NCBI RefSeq assembly: GCF_016127575.1
Contig: NZ_CP066019.1
Location: 1,950,001 to 1,982,000, forward strand
Source of the DNA: Cupriavidus necator
GTDB lineage: Bacteria; Pseudomonadota; Gammaproteobacteria; Burkholderiales; Burkholderiaceae
DNA length: 32,000 bases
Reading direction: 5' to 3'
The translations under genes were made by a program, and so were the position numbers. Shown here piece by piece: positions 1 to 8,367 of this stretch (position 1 is the first letter of the stretch; each line of letters begins with the position of its first letter). The notes under the pieces were generated by a model. That model searched no databases, was not told the origin of the DNA, and saw only the letters and a list, made by a program, of their open reading frames with translations.

Positions 1-1219
1 TCAGTGAGCCGCCGATGGCCAGCGCAAGCTGGTGCGCAATCGCCAGGCCCAGGCCGGTGCCGCCGGTCTCCCGGTTGCGCGATGCCTCAAGCCGGACAAA
101 CGGCTGCAGCACGGACTCCAGCTGCTCAGCCGGGATGCCGGGCCCGCGGTCGAGCACGCTGATGGTCACCGCGCCGCCGTCCTCGCGGTGCACGCTCAGC
201 TCCGCCGCCCCGCCGAACTTGAGGGCGTTGTCGGTCAGGTTGGTCAGGATGCGGCGCAAGGCGTGCGGGCGCGTGTCGAGGGTGCCGCCGGCACGCTGCA
301 GGATGGTGACGGCCTTGCCGGTGTCCTGGTAGTCGTAGACCAGGCTCTCGACGAACGAGCCGATGTCGATCCGCGACGGCGTCTCGCCATCGCCATGCAT
401 GGCGCGCGCGTAGGCCAGCCCCTCCTTCACCAGCGTTTCGATCTCGGTGAGGTCTTGCACCAGCTTGCGCTTTTCCTCAGAGTCTTCCGTCATTTCTGCG
501 CGCAGCTTCATCCGCGTGATCGGCGTCTGCAGGTCGTGGGAAATCGCGGCCAGAATCTGCACGCGCTCCTCGACAAAGCGGGCAATGCGTTCGCGCATGG
601 CATTGAATGCGCGCGCGGCGCGCACCAGTTCGGTGGGCCCGGTCTCGCCCAGCGGCTGGGTCCTGGCATTCGGGTCGAGCGCGTCGGCGGCATTGGCCAG
701 CGCCACCAGCGGGCGGATCGCCAGGCGCACGCCAAGCCAGCAGCACAGGATCAGCAGCAGCAACTGGATAAGCAGCACATAAGGCAGCCATTGCGCGACC
801 GGCGTCGGCTTCGGATGCACGTCGATGGTCAGCGGGCTGCCATCGCTGAGGGTCAGGTGGGCCTGCATGCGCTTGCCCTGGCCGGGGATGGACTCGACCC
901 TGACCGGGAAGCGGCCGCCGCTCGCTTCCATGATCCGGTCGGCAACTTCCGTGGCCTGCGCGGACATCTCTGGCACGCCCGGCAGCCCCGGCCCCAGGAT
1001 GTATTGGTAGGCGCCGCGATTCACGTGGCGCAGCCACTGCGGGCGCTCCGCCGCGGGCAGGCGGTCGAGGATGGCGATCGAGGTGGAGACGTCGGTCTCC
1101 AGGGTGCCGAGCATGACCTTGCGCGCGGTAATGTAGCGCTCGGCAAACAGTACGCCGAACGACAGGCCATGGGCGACGATGAGGCCGGCCAGCAGGATCA
1201 GGAACAGCCGCGCGCCCAT
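1..1219 (-). CDS. Sensor histidine kinase, EnvZ-like (3' end cut by window edge)
   Basis: Absent from the ORF track because no stop lies in the window. The reverse frame opens at ATG 1219..1217 (MGARLFLILLAGLIVAHGLSFG...). It contains an H-box AAISHDLQTPITRM, an N-box LTNLTDNALKF, and G-boxes DRGPGIP and GGTGLGLAIA. It runs off the window at nt 2 (...LALAIGGSL). The start lies 29 nt downstream of the response-regulator stop. Confidence 0.85.
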   Translation of the reverse strand, partial: MGARLFLILLAGLIVAHGLSFGVLFAERYITARKVMLGTLETDVSTSIAILDRLPAAERPQWLRHVNRGAYQYILGPGLPGVPEMSAQATEVADRIMEASGGRFPVRVESIPGQGKRMQAHLTLSDGSPLTIDVHPKPTPVAQWLPYVLLIQLLLLILCCWLGVRLAIRPLVALANAADALDPNARTQPLGETGPTELVRAARAFNAMRERIARFVEERVQILAAISHDLQTPITRMKLRAEMTEDSEEKRKLVQDLTEIETLVKEGLAYARAMHGDGETPSRIDIGSFVESLVYDYQDTGKAVTILQRAGGTLDTRPHALRRILTNLTDNALKFGGAAELSVHREDGGAVTISVLDRGPGIPAEQLESVLQPFVRLEASRNRETGGTGLGLAIAHQLALAIGGSL

Positions 1220-1248
1220 CGTACGGGGCCAGGGCAAGGCACGGAGAT

Positions 1249-1992
1249 TCACTGGCGTGCCTCCCGGATCTCCACGGGCGTCGAGAAGACATAGCCCTCG
1301 CTGCGCACGGTCTTGATGTAGCGGGGCTCGCGCGCGTCGTCCCTGAGGTGCTGGCGCAAGCGGCTGACCAGCAGGTCGATCGAGCGCTCGAACATTTCCG
1401 CTTCGCGGCCCTGCGTGAGGCTGAGCAGCTGGTCGCGGTTGAGCACGCGCTGCGGATGGTCGACAAAGACGCGCAGCAGCCGGTATTCCGCGCCGCTCAG
1501 CGCGACGATGACGCCATCCTGGTCAATCAGGTGGCGCGCGGTGGTGTCGAGCTGCCAGTCGCCAAATGCAAGCAGCTGCCCCGCCTCGGTGATCTGCAGG
1601 TTGGGCGGAAGCATCCGGGTCCGCCGCAGCACCGCCTTGATGCGGGCCAGCAGCTCGCGTGCGGCGAAAGGCTTGGCAAGATAGTCGTCGGCGCCCATTT
1701 CCAGGCCGATGATGCGGTCGGTCTCGTCGCTGCGCGCGGTCAGCATCAGCACCGGGGTGGCCTTGTGCTTGCCCGCCCGCAGTTCACGGCACAGCACCAG
1801 GCCATCGTCGCCCGGCATCATCACATCCAGCACGATCAGGTCGACGCTGTTCACGTCCAGGAACGACCGCATGTGCCGCCCGTCAGGCACCACGGTAACG
1901 CGCAAGCCGTTCTTGGTGAGGTAGGTTGAGACCAGTTCACGGATTTCGCGGTCGTCATCCACGATCAGGATGTGGTCGGTGTGTGCTTCCAT
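1249..1992 (-). CDS. OmpR-family (OmpR-like) DNA-binding response regulator
   Basis: Track ORF 1249..2103, trimmed to the internal Met MEAHTDHILIVDDDREIRELV. Receiver domain motifs DD...D...K are present, and a winged-helix C-terminus (RYIKTVRSEGYVF) closely resembles E. coli OmpR. Confidence 0.9.
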   Translation of the reverse strand: MEAHTDHILIVDDDREIRELVSTYLTKNGLRVTVVPDGRHMRSFLDVNSVDLIVLDVMMPGDDGLVLCRELRAGKHKATPVLMLTARSDETDRIIGLEMGADDYLAKPFAARELLARIKAVLRRTRMLPPNLQITEAGQLLAFGDWQLDTTARHLIDQDGVIVALSGAEYRLLRVFVDHPQRVLNRDQLLSLTQGREAEMFERSIDLLVSRLRQHLRDDAREPRYIKTVRSEGYVFSTPVEIREARQ

Positions 1993-2099
1993 CGGCGTCA
2001 CCTTGGCAGATTGATTGAAAACCGCCAGGCGCGGCGCCGGGCACCGAAAGATTAACGCAATACGGCGCGACGGGTATTCCCCCATCGCGCCGTCGGGTA

Positions 2100-2135
2100 A
2101 CACCCGCGGTGCGCCGGCGCGCGCCGCGGGGGTGT
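2100..2135 (-). terminator. GC-rich hairpin just after the SDR stop (possible terminator, no U-tract)
   Basis: ACACCCGCGG (2100-2109) pairs with CCGCGGGGGTGT (2124-2135), 5 nt downstream of stop 2140 on the minus strand. A second 9-bp hairpin ACGGCGCGA/TCGCGCCGT lies at 2062-2093. Confidence 0.35.
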
Positions 2136-2139
2136 CCGC

Positions 2140-2850
2140 TCAATGCCCTGCGCTCTGGCCGCCGTCTACATGCAGGATCTCGCCCGTGACGAACGGCGCG
2201 TTGTCGAGATACAGGACCGCATCGACGATATCGCGCATCTCGCCCATATGCCCCACCGGGTGCAGGGCGCCCAGCGCCTCATGGGTTTCCGGCGCATGCA
2301 TCGGCGACTTGATGATGCCGGGCGCGACCGCGTTGGCGCGGATGCCGGTCCTGGCGTACTCGATGGCAAGCGACTTGGTCGCGGCGTTCAGGCCACCCTT
2401 GGTCAGCGAGGCCAGCACCGACGGCACCCCGCTGATCGCATGGTCGACCAGGCTGGTCGTGATGCTGACCACGTGGCCGCTGCGCTGCTTCTCCATTTCG
2501 GCGATGGCCAGCTGCGTGATATGGAAGAAGCCCGTCAGGTTGATGCCGGTGACGGCCGCGTAGTCCTCGTCGGTATAGCTGGTGAACGGCTTGGCGACGA
2601 AGATGCCGGCGTTGTTGACCAGGGTGTCGATGCGGCCGAACCTTGCCACGGCCTCGGCGACGACGCGGCGCGCCGTGGACGGATCGGCGATATCGCCGGC
2701 GACTGCCAGGATGTCCTGGTCGTCCGACGGCTTGATGGTGCGCGCCGTGGCGACAACGCGATGGCCGCGCTCCCGGAACGCCTTGACCAGTTCGGCGCCA
2801 ATGCCTTGCGATGCGCCCGTGACGACTACGACTTTCTGTGCTGCACTCAT
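2140..2850 (-). CDS. SDR-family oxidoreductase
   Basis: Track ORF 2140..3135, trimmed to MSAAQKVVVVTGASQGIG (TGxxxGxG Rossmann motif). NNAG motif present. The upstream part of the ORF has no homology signal. Confidence 0.9.
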   Translation of the reverse strand: MSAAQKVVVVTGASQGIGAELVKAFRERGHRVVATARTIKPSDDQDILAVAGDIADPSTARRVVAEAVARFGRIDTLVNNAGIFVAKPFTSYTDEDYAAVTGINLTGFFHITQLAIAEMEKQRSGHVVSITTSLVDHAISGVPSVLASLTKGGLNAATKSLAIEYARTGIRANAVAPGIIKSPMHAPETHEALGALHPVGHMGEMRDIVDAVLYLDNAPFVTGEILHVDGGQSAGH

Positions 2851-3139
2851 TTTCTTGAACCTCGATGTAGATTGAATCGGCTTGTTTGCCGATCGGGCCG
2901 GCGGCTCCGATGGGTTCCAATCTAGGCAATTCGCTTCCGTATTCGAAGACCCTGGCGGCACAAACAGTCTTGCGCCACAAGCACAAATGGAGCGGGACGA
3001 ATCCTCCGGCGCGCCTGGCGTGCGCAGCCTCATGGTCACTTCGGCGCAGGCCACGGCCCGGACATCGACTTCTGCCAGTGGCGCACATATGATGGATACA
3101 TCGCTTGATCCGGTGCGGCCTGCGGTCGCAAGCAAAGAA

Positions 3140-4051
3140 ATGAAACGGCAATTCGATGACCTTCAGCTTGGCAGCATCGAGCTGTTCTGCCTGGCCGCGG
3201 AGCTGGGCAGTTTCACCGCGGCGGCAGTGGCCGCGGGCGTGACACCGCCCGCAGTCAGCCGCACTGTGCAAAGGCTGGAAGAGCGCCTGGGGGTGCGGCT
3301 GTTCGTGCGGACCACGCGGCAGATCCGCCTGACCGACGAAGGCCGGGTGTATTTCGAGCAGAGCCGCGGCGCACTGGCGCAGCTGGTGGACGCGGAGCGG
3401 CAGATCAGCGGCCAGCAGGCTGCCCCCGCGGGGCGCTTGCGGATCAGCCTGCCGACCCCTTACGCGCACTATCGCGTGCTGCCGGTGCTGCCGGCATTCC
3501 GCGAGCGCTACCCCGAGGTCGAGATCGACGTGCACATCAGCAACCGCAACGTGGATTTCGCCGATGACACCTATGACCTGTCGGTGCGCGGGCGTGCGCC
3601 GGATGACTCGAACCTGATCGCGCGCAAGCTGGAAGACGCGGAGCTGGTGGTGGTGGCAACGCCTGGCTATCTGCGGCGTGCCGGCACACCGCAGTCATTG
3701 GAGGACCTGCTCAGGCATGAGTGCATCCAGTTCGAGCGCCCGAGCAGCGGCCGGCGGATCCCATGGACGTTCCGGGTCAACGGCGAGGACACGGATATCG
3801 TGACCGCCGGCTCGTATGCGGCGTCAGAAGACATCCTGGGCGGGGCCACGCTGGTGCGCGCCGGCGCGGGCCTGTTCCAGACCTACCGCTTCGTCGTGGA
3901 ACAGGACCTGCGCGACGGCACGCTGGTGGAGGTGCTGAAGGACTACGGCGGCAGTACGCGCCCCTTTGTGCTGCTGTACCCGTCCGCGCGCCACGTCTCG
4001 CGCCGGGTACGGGCGTTCGTCGACTTCCTGGTCGAGAAGTTCTCGGCGTAG
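3140..4051 (+). CDS. LysR-family transcriptional regulator
   Basis: Track ORF 2882..4051. The LysR HTH begins right after Met 3140 (MKRQFDDLQLGSIELFCLAAELGSFTAAAVAAGVTPPAVSRTVQRLEERLG). Divergent from the SDR at 2140-2850. An alternative start at 3089 is possible. Confidence 0.85.
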   Translation: MKRQFDDLQLGSIELFCLAAELGSFTAAAVAAGVTPPAVSRTVQRLEERLGVRLFVRTTRQIRLTDEGRVYFEQSRGALAQLVDAERQISGQQAAPAGRLRISLPTPYAHYRVLPVLPAFRERYPEVEIDVHISNRNVDFADDTYDLSVRGRAPDDSNLIARKLEDAELVVVATPGYLRRAGTPQSLEDLLRHECIQFERPSSGRRIPWTFRVNGEDTDIVTAGSYAASEDILGGATLVRAGAGLFQTYRFVVEQDLRDGTLVEVLKDYGGSTRPFVLLYPSARHVSRRVRAFVDFLVEKFSA

Positions 4052-4066
4052 CGGCTCACGCCGCGC

Positions 4067-4531
4067 TTATTCAGGCCGGATCTGGGCAATGACCACGAGG
4101 ATCACGGCCGCATTCGCCGGCTGCTGGAAGTGCGAGGAAATGGTGCGCGCGTGGCCGGCCTTCTCTGCCAGCACCTCGCCAAACAGGTCCGAGGCACCGT
4201 CGAGCACCGCCGGCTGCCCGAACCAGCCGGGCGCGCTGGAAATGTGCCCGTCGACGCGGACGATGTGGTCTAGGCGCTCGAAGCCACCCAGGTAGGCATG
4301 GATCTGCGCCAGCACGTTGAGCGCCGCCAGCTCGGCGGCACGCTTGCCCTGCCCGACATCCAGGTCCTTGCCGACCTGGCCTTGCCAGACCACCTTGCCA
4401 TCCTGCAAGGGCAACTGCCCGGAAATGAACAGGAGGTCGCCGGCCTGGCTGACCGCGGTATAGCTGCCCAGGGGCTGCGGTGGCTGCGGCAGCACCAGGC
4501 CGCGCGCTGCGAGACGTTCTTGCACAGACAT
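4067..4531 (-). CDS. RidA/YjgF/L-PSP family protein
   Basis: 154-aa ORF. The stretch GSYTAVSQAGDLLFISGQLPL...GKVV...GKDLD is typical of the RidA family. GGAG Shine-Dalgarno upstream of the ATG. Confidence 0.9.
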   Translation of the reverse strand: MSVQERLAARGLVLPQPPQPLGSYTAVSQAGDLLFISGQLPLQDGKVVWQGQVGKDLDVGQGKRAAELAALNVLAQIHAYLGGFERLDHIVRVDGHISSAPGWFGQPAVLDGASDLFGEVLAEKAGHARTISSHFQQPANAAVILVVIAQIRPE

Positions 4532-4680
4532 GCTGGCTCCAATCAGGTGAGGGTCACGCGACCAACTCTATGTGCGCGCCAGCCTGGGATAAAGGCATGG
4601 CGCGGAACAGGAATTGGTACCTGGGGTAACAAGTCGGATACCCGACTTCCTTGCATGCCCCTGTACCGGCACGGCCGCCC

Positions 4681-5631
4681 CTACGCGGTCTGCAGTTCGT
4701 CGCCGCGCGCCATGCGCCGGATCGCCTGCGGCGGTTGGCCGAACGCCCGCAGGAACGCACGCCGCATGCGCTCGCGGTCGCCGAAGCCGGTATCCCGCGC
4801 CACCACATCGATGGCATGGCGGCCGCCTTCCATCATCAGCCTGGCCGCCTCCACGCGCAGGTGCTCCACGGCCTTGGCGGGGGTCTGCCCGGTCTCGTCA
4901 CGAAATGCGCGCGCGAACTGCCGCGGGCTCAGGTGCGCCGCATCCGCCAGTTGTTCCACCGAAAGTTCCTGTTGCAGGTTCTGCCGCGCGAAATCCAGCG
5001 CGGCACGAATGCGGTCCGAGCGCGGTTCCAGGTCCAGCAGTGCCGAGAACTGTGACTGGCCGCCGGCGCGCCGGTGATACACGACCAGCAACTTCGCCAC
5101 ATCGCGCGCAACCGCGGCGCCCGCGTCCTTCTCCACCAGCGCCAGCGCCAGGTCGATGCAGGCCGACATCCCGGCCGAGGTCCAGACCGGGCCATCGATG
5201 ATGAAGATGCGGTCCTCTTCCACGCCGACGTTCGGAAAGCGCCGCCGCAACTGCTCCGCGTAGTACCAGTGCGTGGTGGCGCGGCGGCCGTCCAGCACCC
5301 CGGCCTCGGCCAGGTTGAAGGCACCGGTGCAGGTGGCGCCGATGCGCCGCGAAGTACGCGCCGCACGCTGCAGGAACTTCACCAGGGCGGGCGGCGTGGG
5401 CAGCACGTCGTTGTCTCCCACCACCAGCACGGTGTCGAAGCGACGCTTGCCGAACGGCTCGGTGCCGACGGAAAAGCCACCGGAACTCAACACGGGGCCG
5501 CCATGCTCGGACAGCAGGTGGACCTTGTACAGCGGCTCTCCGAGCGAGCGGTTGGCGAACTCCAGCACCGTCGAGACCGCGAGGTTCAGCGCCTGGAAGC
5601 CGGGATAGAGGGCAAGGGCCACGTGATGCAT
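4681..5631 (-). CDS. GlxA-family (DJ-1/PfpI domain + AraC HTH) transcriptional regulator
   Basis: Track ORF 4681..5772, trimmed to MHHVALALYPGFQALNLA. Has an N-terminal glutamine-amidotransferase-like domain (ATCTGAFNLAEAG). The C-terminus carries two AraC HTH motifs (LSPRQFARAFRDETGQTPAKAVEHLRVEAARLMME; FGDRERMRRAFLRAFGQPP). Confidence 0.9.
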   Translation of the reverse strand: MHHVALALYPGFQALNLAVSTVLEFANRSLGEPLYKVHLLSEHGGPVLSSGGFSVGTEPFGKRRFDTVLVVGDNDVLPTPPALVKFLQRAARTSRRIGATCTGAFNLAEAGVLDGRRATTHWYYAEQLRRRFPNVGVEEDRIFIIDGPVWTSAGMSACIDLALALVEKDAGAAVARDVAKLLVVYHRRAGGQSQFSALLDLEPRSDRIRAALDFARQNLQQELSVEQLADAAHLSPRQFARAFRDETGQTPAKAVEHLRVEAARLMMEGGRHAIDVVARDTGFGDRERMRRAFLRAFGQPPQAIRRMARGDELQTA

Positions 5632-5800
5632 GTCGATCTCCCGAGGGCAGCAGGAAGGTGTCCTTCCCGGATGGCAGAAAAGGTGGCATCTATGACATTG
5701 GTGCCAACGCCATTGTGCGCCTAATCTTGGCTTCACGCAGCCGGCCGATCCAGCGCCGACCGCCACCAACATCCCCCCTCACTGAATCTGGAGCTTTGAC

Positions 5801-6604
5801 ATGACCACGCACAACCATTCCGGCACCGCCCTCATCACCGGTGCTTCTTCCGGCATCGGCGCCATCTATGCGGAGCGCCTGGCGCGCAGGGGCCACGACC
5901 TGATCCTGGTGGCGCGTAACCGCGCGCGGCTGGAAGCACTGGCCCGCCGGATTACCGACGATACCGGCCGCTCGGTCGAAATCGTGACCGCGGACCTTGG
6001 CCAGGCAGCCGATGTACGACGCATCGAAGAGATCCTGCGCACGGATGCAAGCATCACCACGCTGGTCAACAACGCCGGCTTCGGCGGCGCGGCACCGCTG
6101 CTGCAATCGGATGTCGACACCATGCAGGCAATGATCGAGCTCAACGTCACGGCGCTGACCCGGCTCACCTACGCCGCCGCCCCGGCGTTCGTTGCGCGCG
6201 GCGAGGGCACCATCATCAATATCGCCTCGATCGTGGCGGTCGCGCCCGAGGTCCTGAACGGTGTCTACGGCGCCACCAAGGCGTTTGTGCTGGCCTTTAC
6301 CCAGTCGCTGCAACATGAGCTTGCGGGCAAGGGCGTGCGCATCCAGGCGGTCCTGCCGGGGGCCACCCGCACCGAGTTCTGGGACACCGCCGGCCAGCCG
6401 GTCGAGAACCTGCCGCAATCGATAGTCATGAGCGGCGACGACCTGGTCGACGCGGCCCTGGCAGGGCTGGACCAGGGCGAGGTGATTACCGTGCCGTCGT
6501 TGCCCGACGTGGCCGACTGGAACACGTTCGAGGCGGCACGCGCCGCGCTCGGCCCCAATCTTTCGCGTGACCAGCCCGCTACCCGGTACGGCGTTGCCCG
6601 GTAA
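5801..6604 (+). CDS. SDR-family oxidoreductase
   Basis: MTTHNHSGTALITGASSGIGAIYAERLARRGHDLILVARN, plus NNAG and YGATKAF (YxxxK) motifs. Divergent from the GlxA regulator. Confidence 0.9.
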   Translation: MTTHNHSGTALITGASSGIGAIYAERLARRGHDLILVARNRARLEALARRITDDTGRSVEIVTADLGQAADVRRIEEILRTDASITTLVNNAGFGGAAPLLQSDVDTMQAMIELNVTALTRLTYAAAPAFVARGEGTIINIASIVAVAPEVLNGVYGATKAFVLAFTQSLQHELAGKGVRIQAVLPGATRTEFWDTAGQPVENLPQSIVMSGDDLVDAALAGLDQGEVITVPSLPDVADWNTFEAARAALGPNLSRDQPATRYGVAR

Positions 6605-6732
6605 CTGACGGCTCGCGGACGCGCGCGGCCTTTACACCACCTTCCCCGGGGCGCGCGGTATCCGGCAAGCGCTCCGGCCGCCGCGCGCCTCCTCCCTGCC
6701 GCCTACGCCAGCAGGCGCCTCCCATGGTCCTT

Positions 6733-6846
6733 TTGTATCGCTATGTATCAAGCACAGGGGACGATACGTGCCCTGACAGAAACAGGGTCTCCACGCTATA
6801 GCGCAGATACACCGGTTTCCTTTAATGCATCTCGTGGACCGACGGC
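6733..6846 (+). promoter_or_regulatory. Conserved non-coding block upstream of small repeat-protein gene (copy 1)
   Basis: Homologous to 14886-14999 (about 74 of 114 positions identical in my manual alignment). Shared blocks: TGTATC direct repeats (6734-6739, 6744-6749), ACGATACGTG (6761-6770), CAGATACA (6804-6811), AATGCAT (6824-6830), and CGTGG.CCG.CGGC. Confidence 0.45.
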
Positions 6847-6910
6847 ATGCGTCGACAAGACGATCCCCCGGCCGCGCAGTTCAACCCAGACCTCAAGGAA
6901 ACCGACCAAG

Positions 6911-7219
6911 ATTACCGATCTCACCAAGCGCATTGTTCTCGCCCTCGCCCTGGCAGCTGCCGCCGCCGGCGCCCAGGCCGCCGGTCCCGGTGCGCGCGAT
7001 CCGTTCAGCGAAGGCGCACGTTCCGTGCAGGACGCACGCAACGCATTCACCGACGGCGCCCGCGCCGTGCAGGACGCACGCGACCCGTACACCGAGGGCG
7101 CGCGCAATGTCGACCCGTACGACAAGGGTGCACGCATCCTGGCCGGCTGGGACCGCACGGGTCCGTCCGCTGATCCGGCGCGCAGCTTCGATCCCTACCA
7201 GGACGGCGCCCACGCCTGA
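6911..7219 (+). CDS. Small secreted tandem-repeat protein, DP[FY]x[DE]GAR repeats (copy 1; start codon uncertain, possibly ATT)
   Basis: Track ORF 6743..7219. Signal peptide KRIVLALALAAAAAGAQA|AGPG, then the repeats ARDPFSEGARSVQD / ARNAFTDGARAVQD / ARDPYTEGARNV / DPYDKGAR ... DPYQDGAHA. Paralogous to 15063-15374. AAGGAA Shine-Dalgarno at 6895-6900, but no ATG/GTG/TTG before the signal peptide. ATT at 6911 is the only start-like codon. Confidence 0.6.
   Translation: MTDLTKRIVLALALAAAAAGAQAAGPGARDPFSEGARSVQDARNAFTDGARAVQDARDPYTEGARNVDPYDKGARILAGWDRTGPSADPARSFDPYQDGAHA
6992..7135 (+). repeat. In-frame tandem repeats (42/42/36/24 nt) encoding the DP[FY]x[DE]GAR units
   Basis: Direct reading: three to four successive units with the GGCGC(A/G/C)CG core (GAR), preceded by GA(T/C)CC(G)T(T/A)C (DPF/DPY). 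Confidence 0.7.
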
Positions 7220-7240
7220 TAGCAGGGCATTGACCCTCGG

Positions 7241-8323
7241 CTATTCCGCTGCGCGCGGCGCAGCCGTGGAACCCCGCACGATCAGCTGCGGCGTCAGTTG
7301 CACGGTGACGGCATCGGAGGCTGGCTTGTCGATCTTCCTGAGCAGGAGACGGGCTGCCTCCTCGCCCATTTCGTGGACGGCAATGCGCACGGTGGTCAGC
7401 GGCGGCGTCAGGGCGTCGGCGAAAGGCATGTCGTTGTGGCCCACCACCGAGACATCCTCGGGGCAACGCATGCCGTGCTCGCGCAGGTAGTCGTAGCAGC
7501 CCATCGCCACCAGGTCATTGCCGGCGGCGATAGCGGTCACCTGCGGAAATGCCGCGAAGAGCTGCTCGCATGCGAGCCGGCCGGCCTCGCGCGAATAGCT
7601 GGCGGCCTCCATGACTTGCCATTCCCCGCGGCGCAGGCGGTGGCGCTTGACCGCCTGAAGAAAGCCCTCGCGACGCAGGAAGCCGGTCGACAGCGTGGCT
7701 GGCCCGGCAATATGCCCGATGCGGCGGTGGCCCAGGCCGACCAGGTGGTCGACCGTCTGCCGCATGGCCAGCAGGTTGTCGCTCACCACGCAGGACACCC
7801 GGCCCGTGTCATCGCCCCGGTTGACCGTGACCACGGGGATATGCTGCTTAAGGCAGTAGGCGAGGATCGGATCGTCCCGTTCCGCGGTGGCAAGCACCAG
7901 TCCTTCGACTTGCCGGCCGATCATCTGGTCGATGACAAAGCGCTGCCGGCTCTTGTCGGTACCGGCATTGACCACGATCGGCACGTAGCCCTGCTGCGCC
8001 AGCACGGATTCGATCCCGGCCAGGATGGGCGGAAACACCGGGTTGGAAATATCGGGCAGCACCACGCCCACCAGTCCGGAACGCTGGGTGCGCAGCCCCG
8101 CCGCGATGCGGTTGGGGCGAAAGCCGCGCGCCTCGGCAACCTCCAGGATGCGGGCCGCCACGTCCTCAGCCACCAGGTGCCGCGTGGCCGGGTTCATCAC
8201 TCGCGAGATGGTCGAGTAATGCACGTCGATCTCGGCAGCCAGGTCTTTCAGGGTGAGGCGCTTGCGCTCAGGCATGACGGCAGTTGGCGGGGCGGCAGCC
8301 CGGGGAGGGTTGGAAACCACCAT
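7241..8323 (-). CDS. LacI-family transcriptional regulator
   Basis: 360-aa ORF with HTH LKDLAAEIDVHYSTISRVMN and a periplasmic-binding-like core. Last gene of the minus-strand cluster. An alternative start at 8275 (MPERKRLTLKDLA) is possible. Confidence 0.85.
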   Translation of the reverse strand: MVVSNPPRAAAPPTAVMPERKRLTLKDLAAEIDVHYSTISRVMNPATRHLVAEDVAARILEVAEARGFRPNRIAAGLRTQRSGLVGVVLPDISNPVFPPILAGIESVLAQQGYVPIVVNAGTDKSRQRFVIDQMIGRQVEGLVLATAERDDPILAYCLKQHIPVVTVNRGDDTGRVSCVVSDNLLAMRQTVDHLVGLGHRRIGHIAGPATLSTGFLRREGFLQAVKRHRLRRGEWQVMEAASYSREAGRLACEQLFAAFPQVTAIAAGNDLVAMGCYDYLREHGMRCPEDVSVVGHNDMPFADALTPPLTTVRIAVHEMGEEAARLLLRKIDKPASDAVTVQLTPQLIVRGSTAAPRAAE

Positions 8324-8367
8324 TCTAAGCCAGCCCCGCGCCGTCGCCGCACGCCTGCCGGGTGCCG

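Noticed and set aside
32-1294. 420-aa plus-strand ORF, and the 329-aa minus-strand ORF at 477..1466
   Set aside because: Both are shadow frames of the histidine-kinase gene. Their translations are Arg/Ala/Gly/Pro-rich with no motifs. The third reverse frame carries complete H, N and G boxes.
2279-3535. 418-aa minus-strand ORF spanning the SDR gene, the intergenic region and the LysR gene
   Set aside because: It runs out of frame or antisense to two genes with clear family motifs. The composition is typical of high-GC spurious ORFs.
6830-6850. Possible sigma-54 promoter (TGGACCGACGGCATGC) in the conserved leader
   Set aside because: The GG-to-GC spacing is one nucleotide off the -24/-12 consensus. 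The paralogous copy (CGTGGCCCGGCGGCGATC) has no TGC element.
6743-6910. Upstream ATG (6743) as the start of the small repeat protein (158-aa version)
   Set aside because: It would place 56 residues in front of the signal peptide. The homologous upstream region of the paralogue is in a different frame (net 2-nt indel), so this stretch is not conserved as coding sequence.
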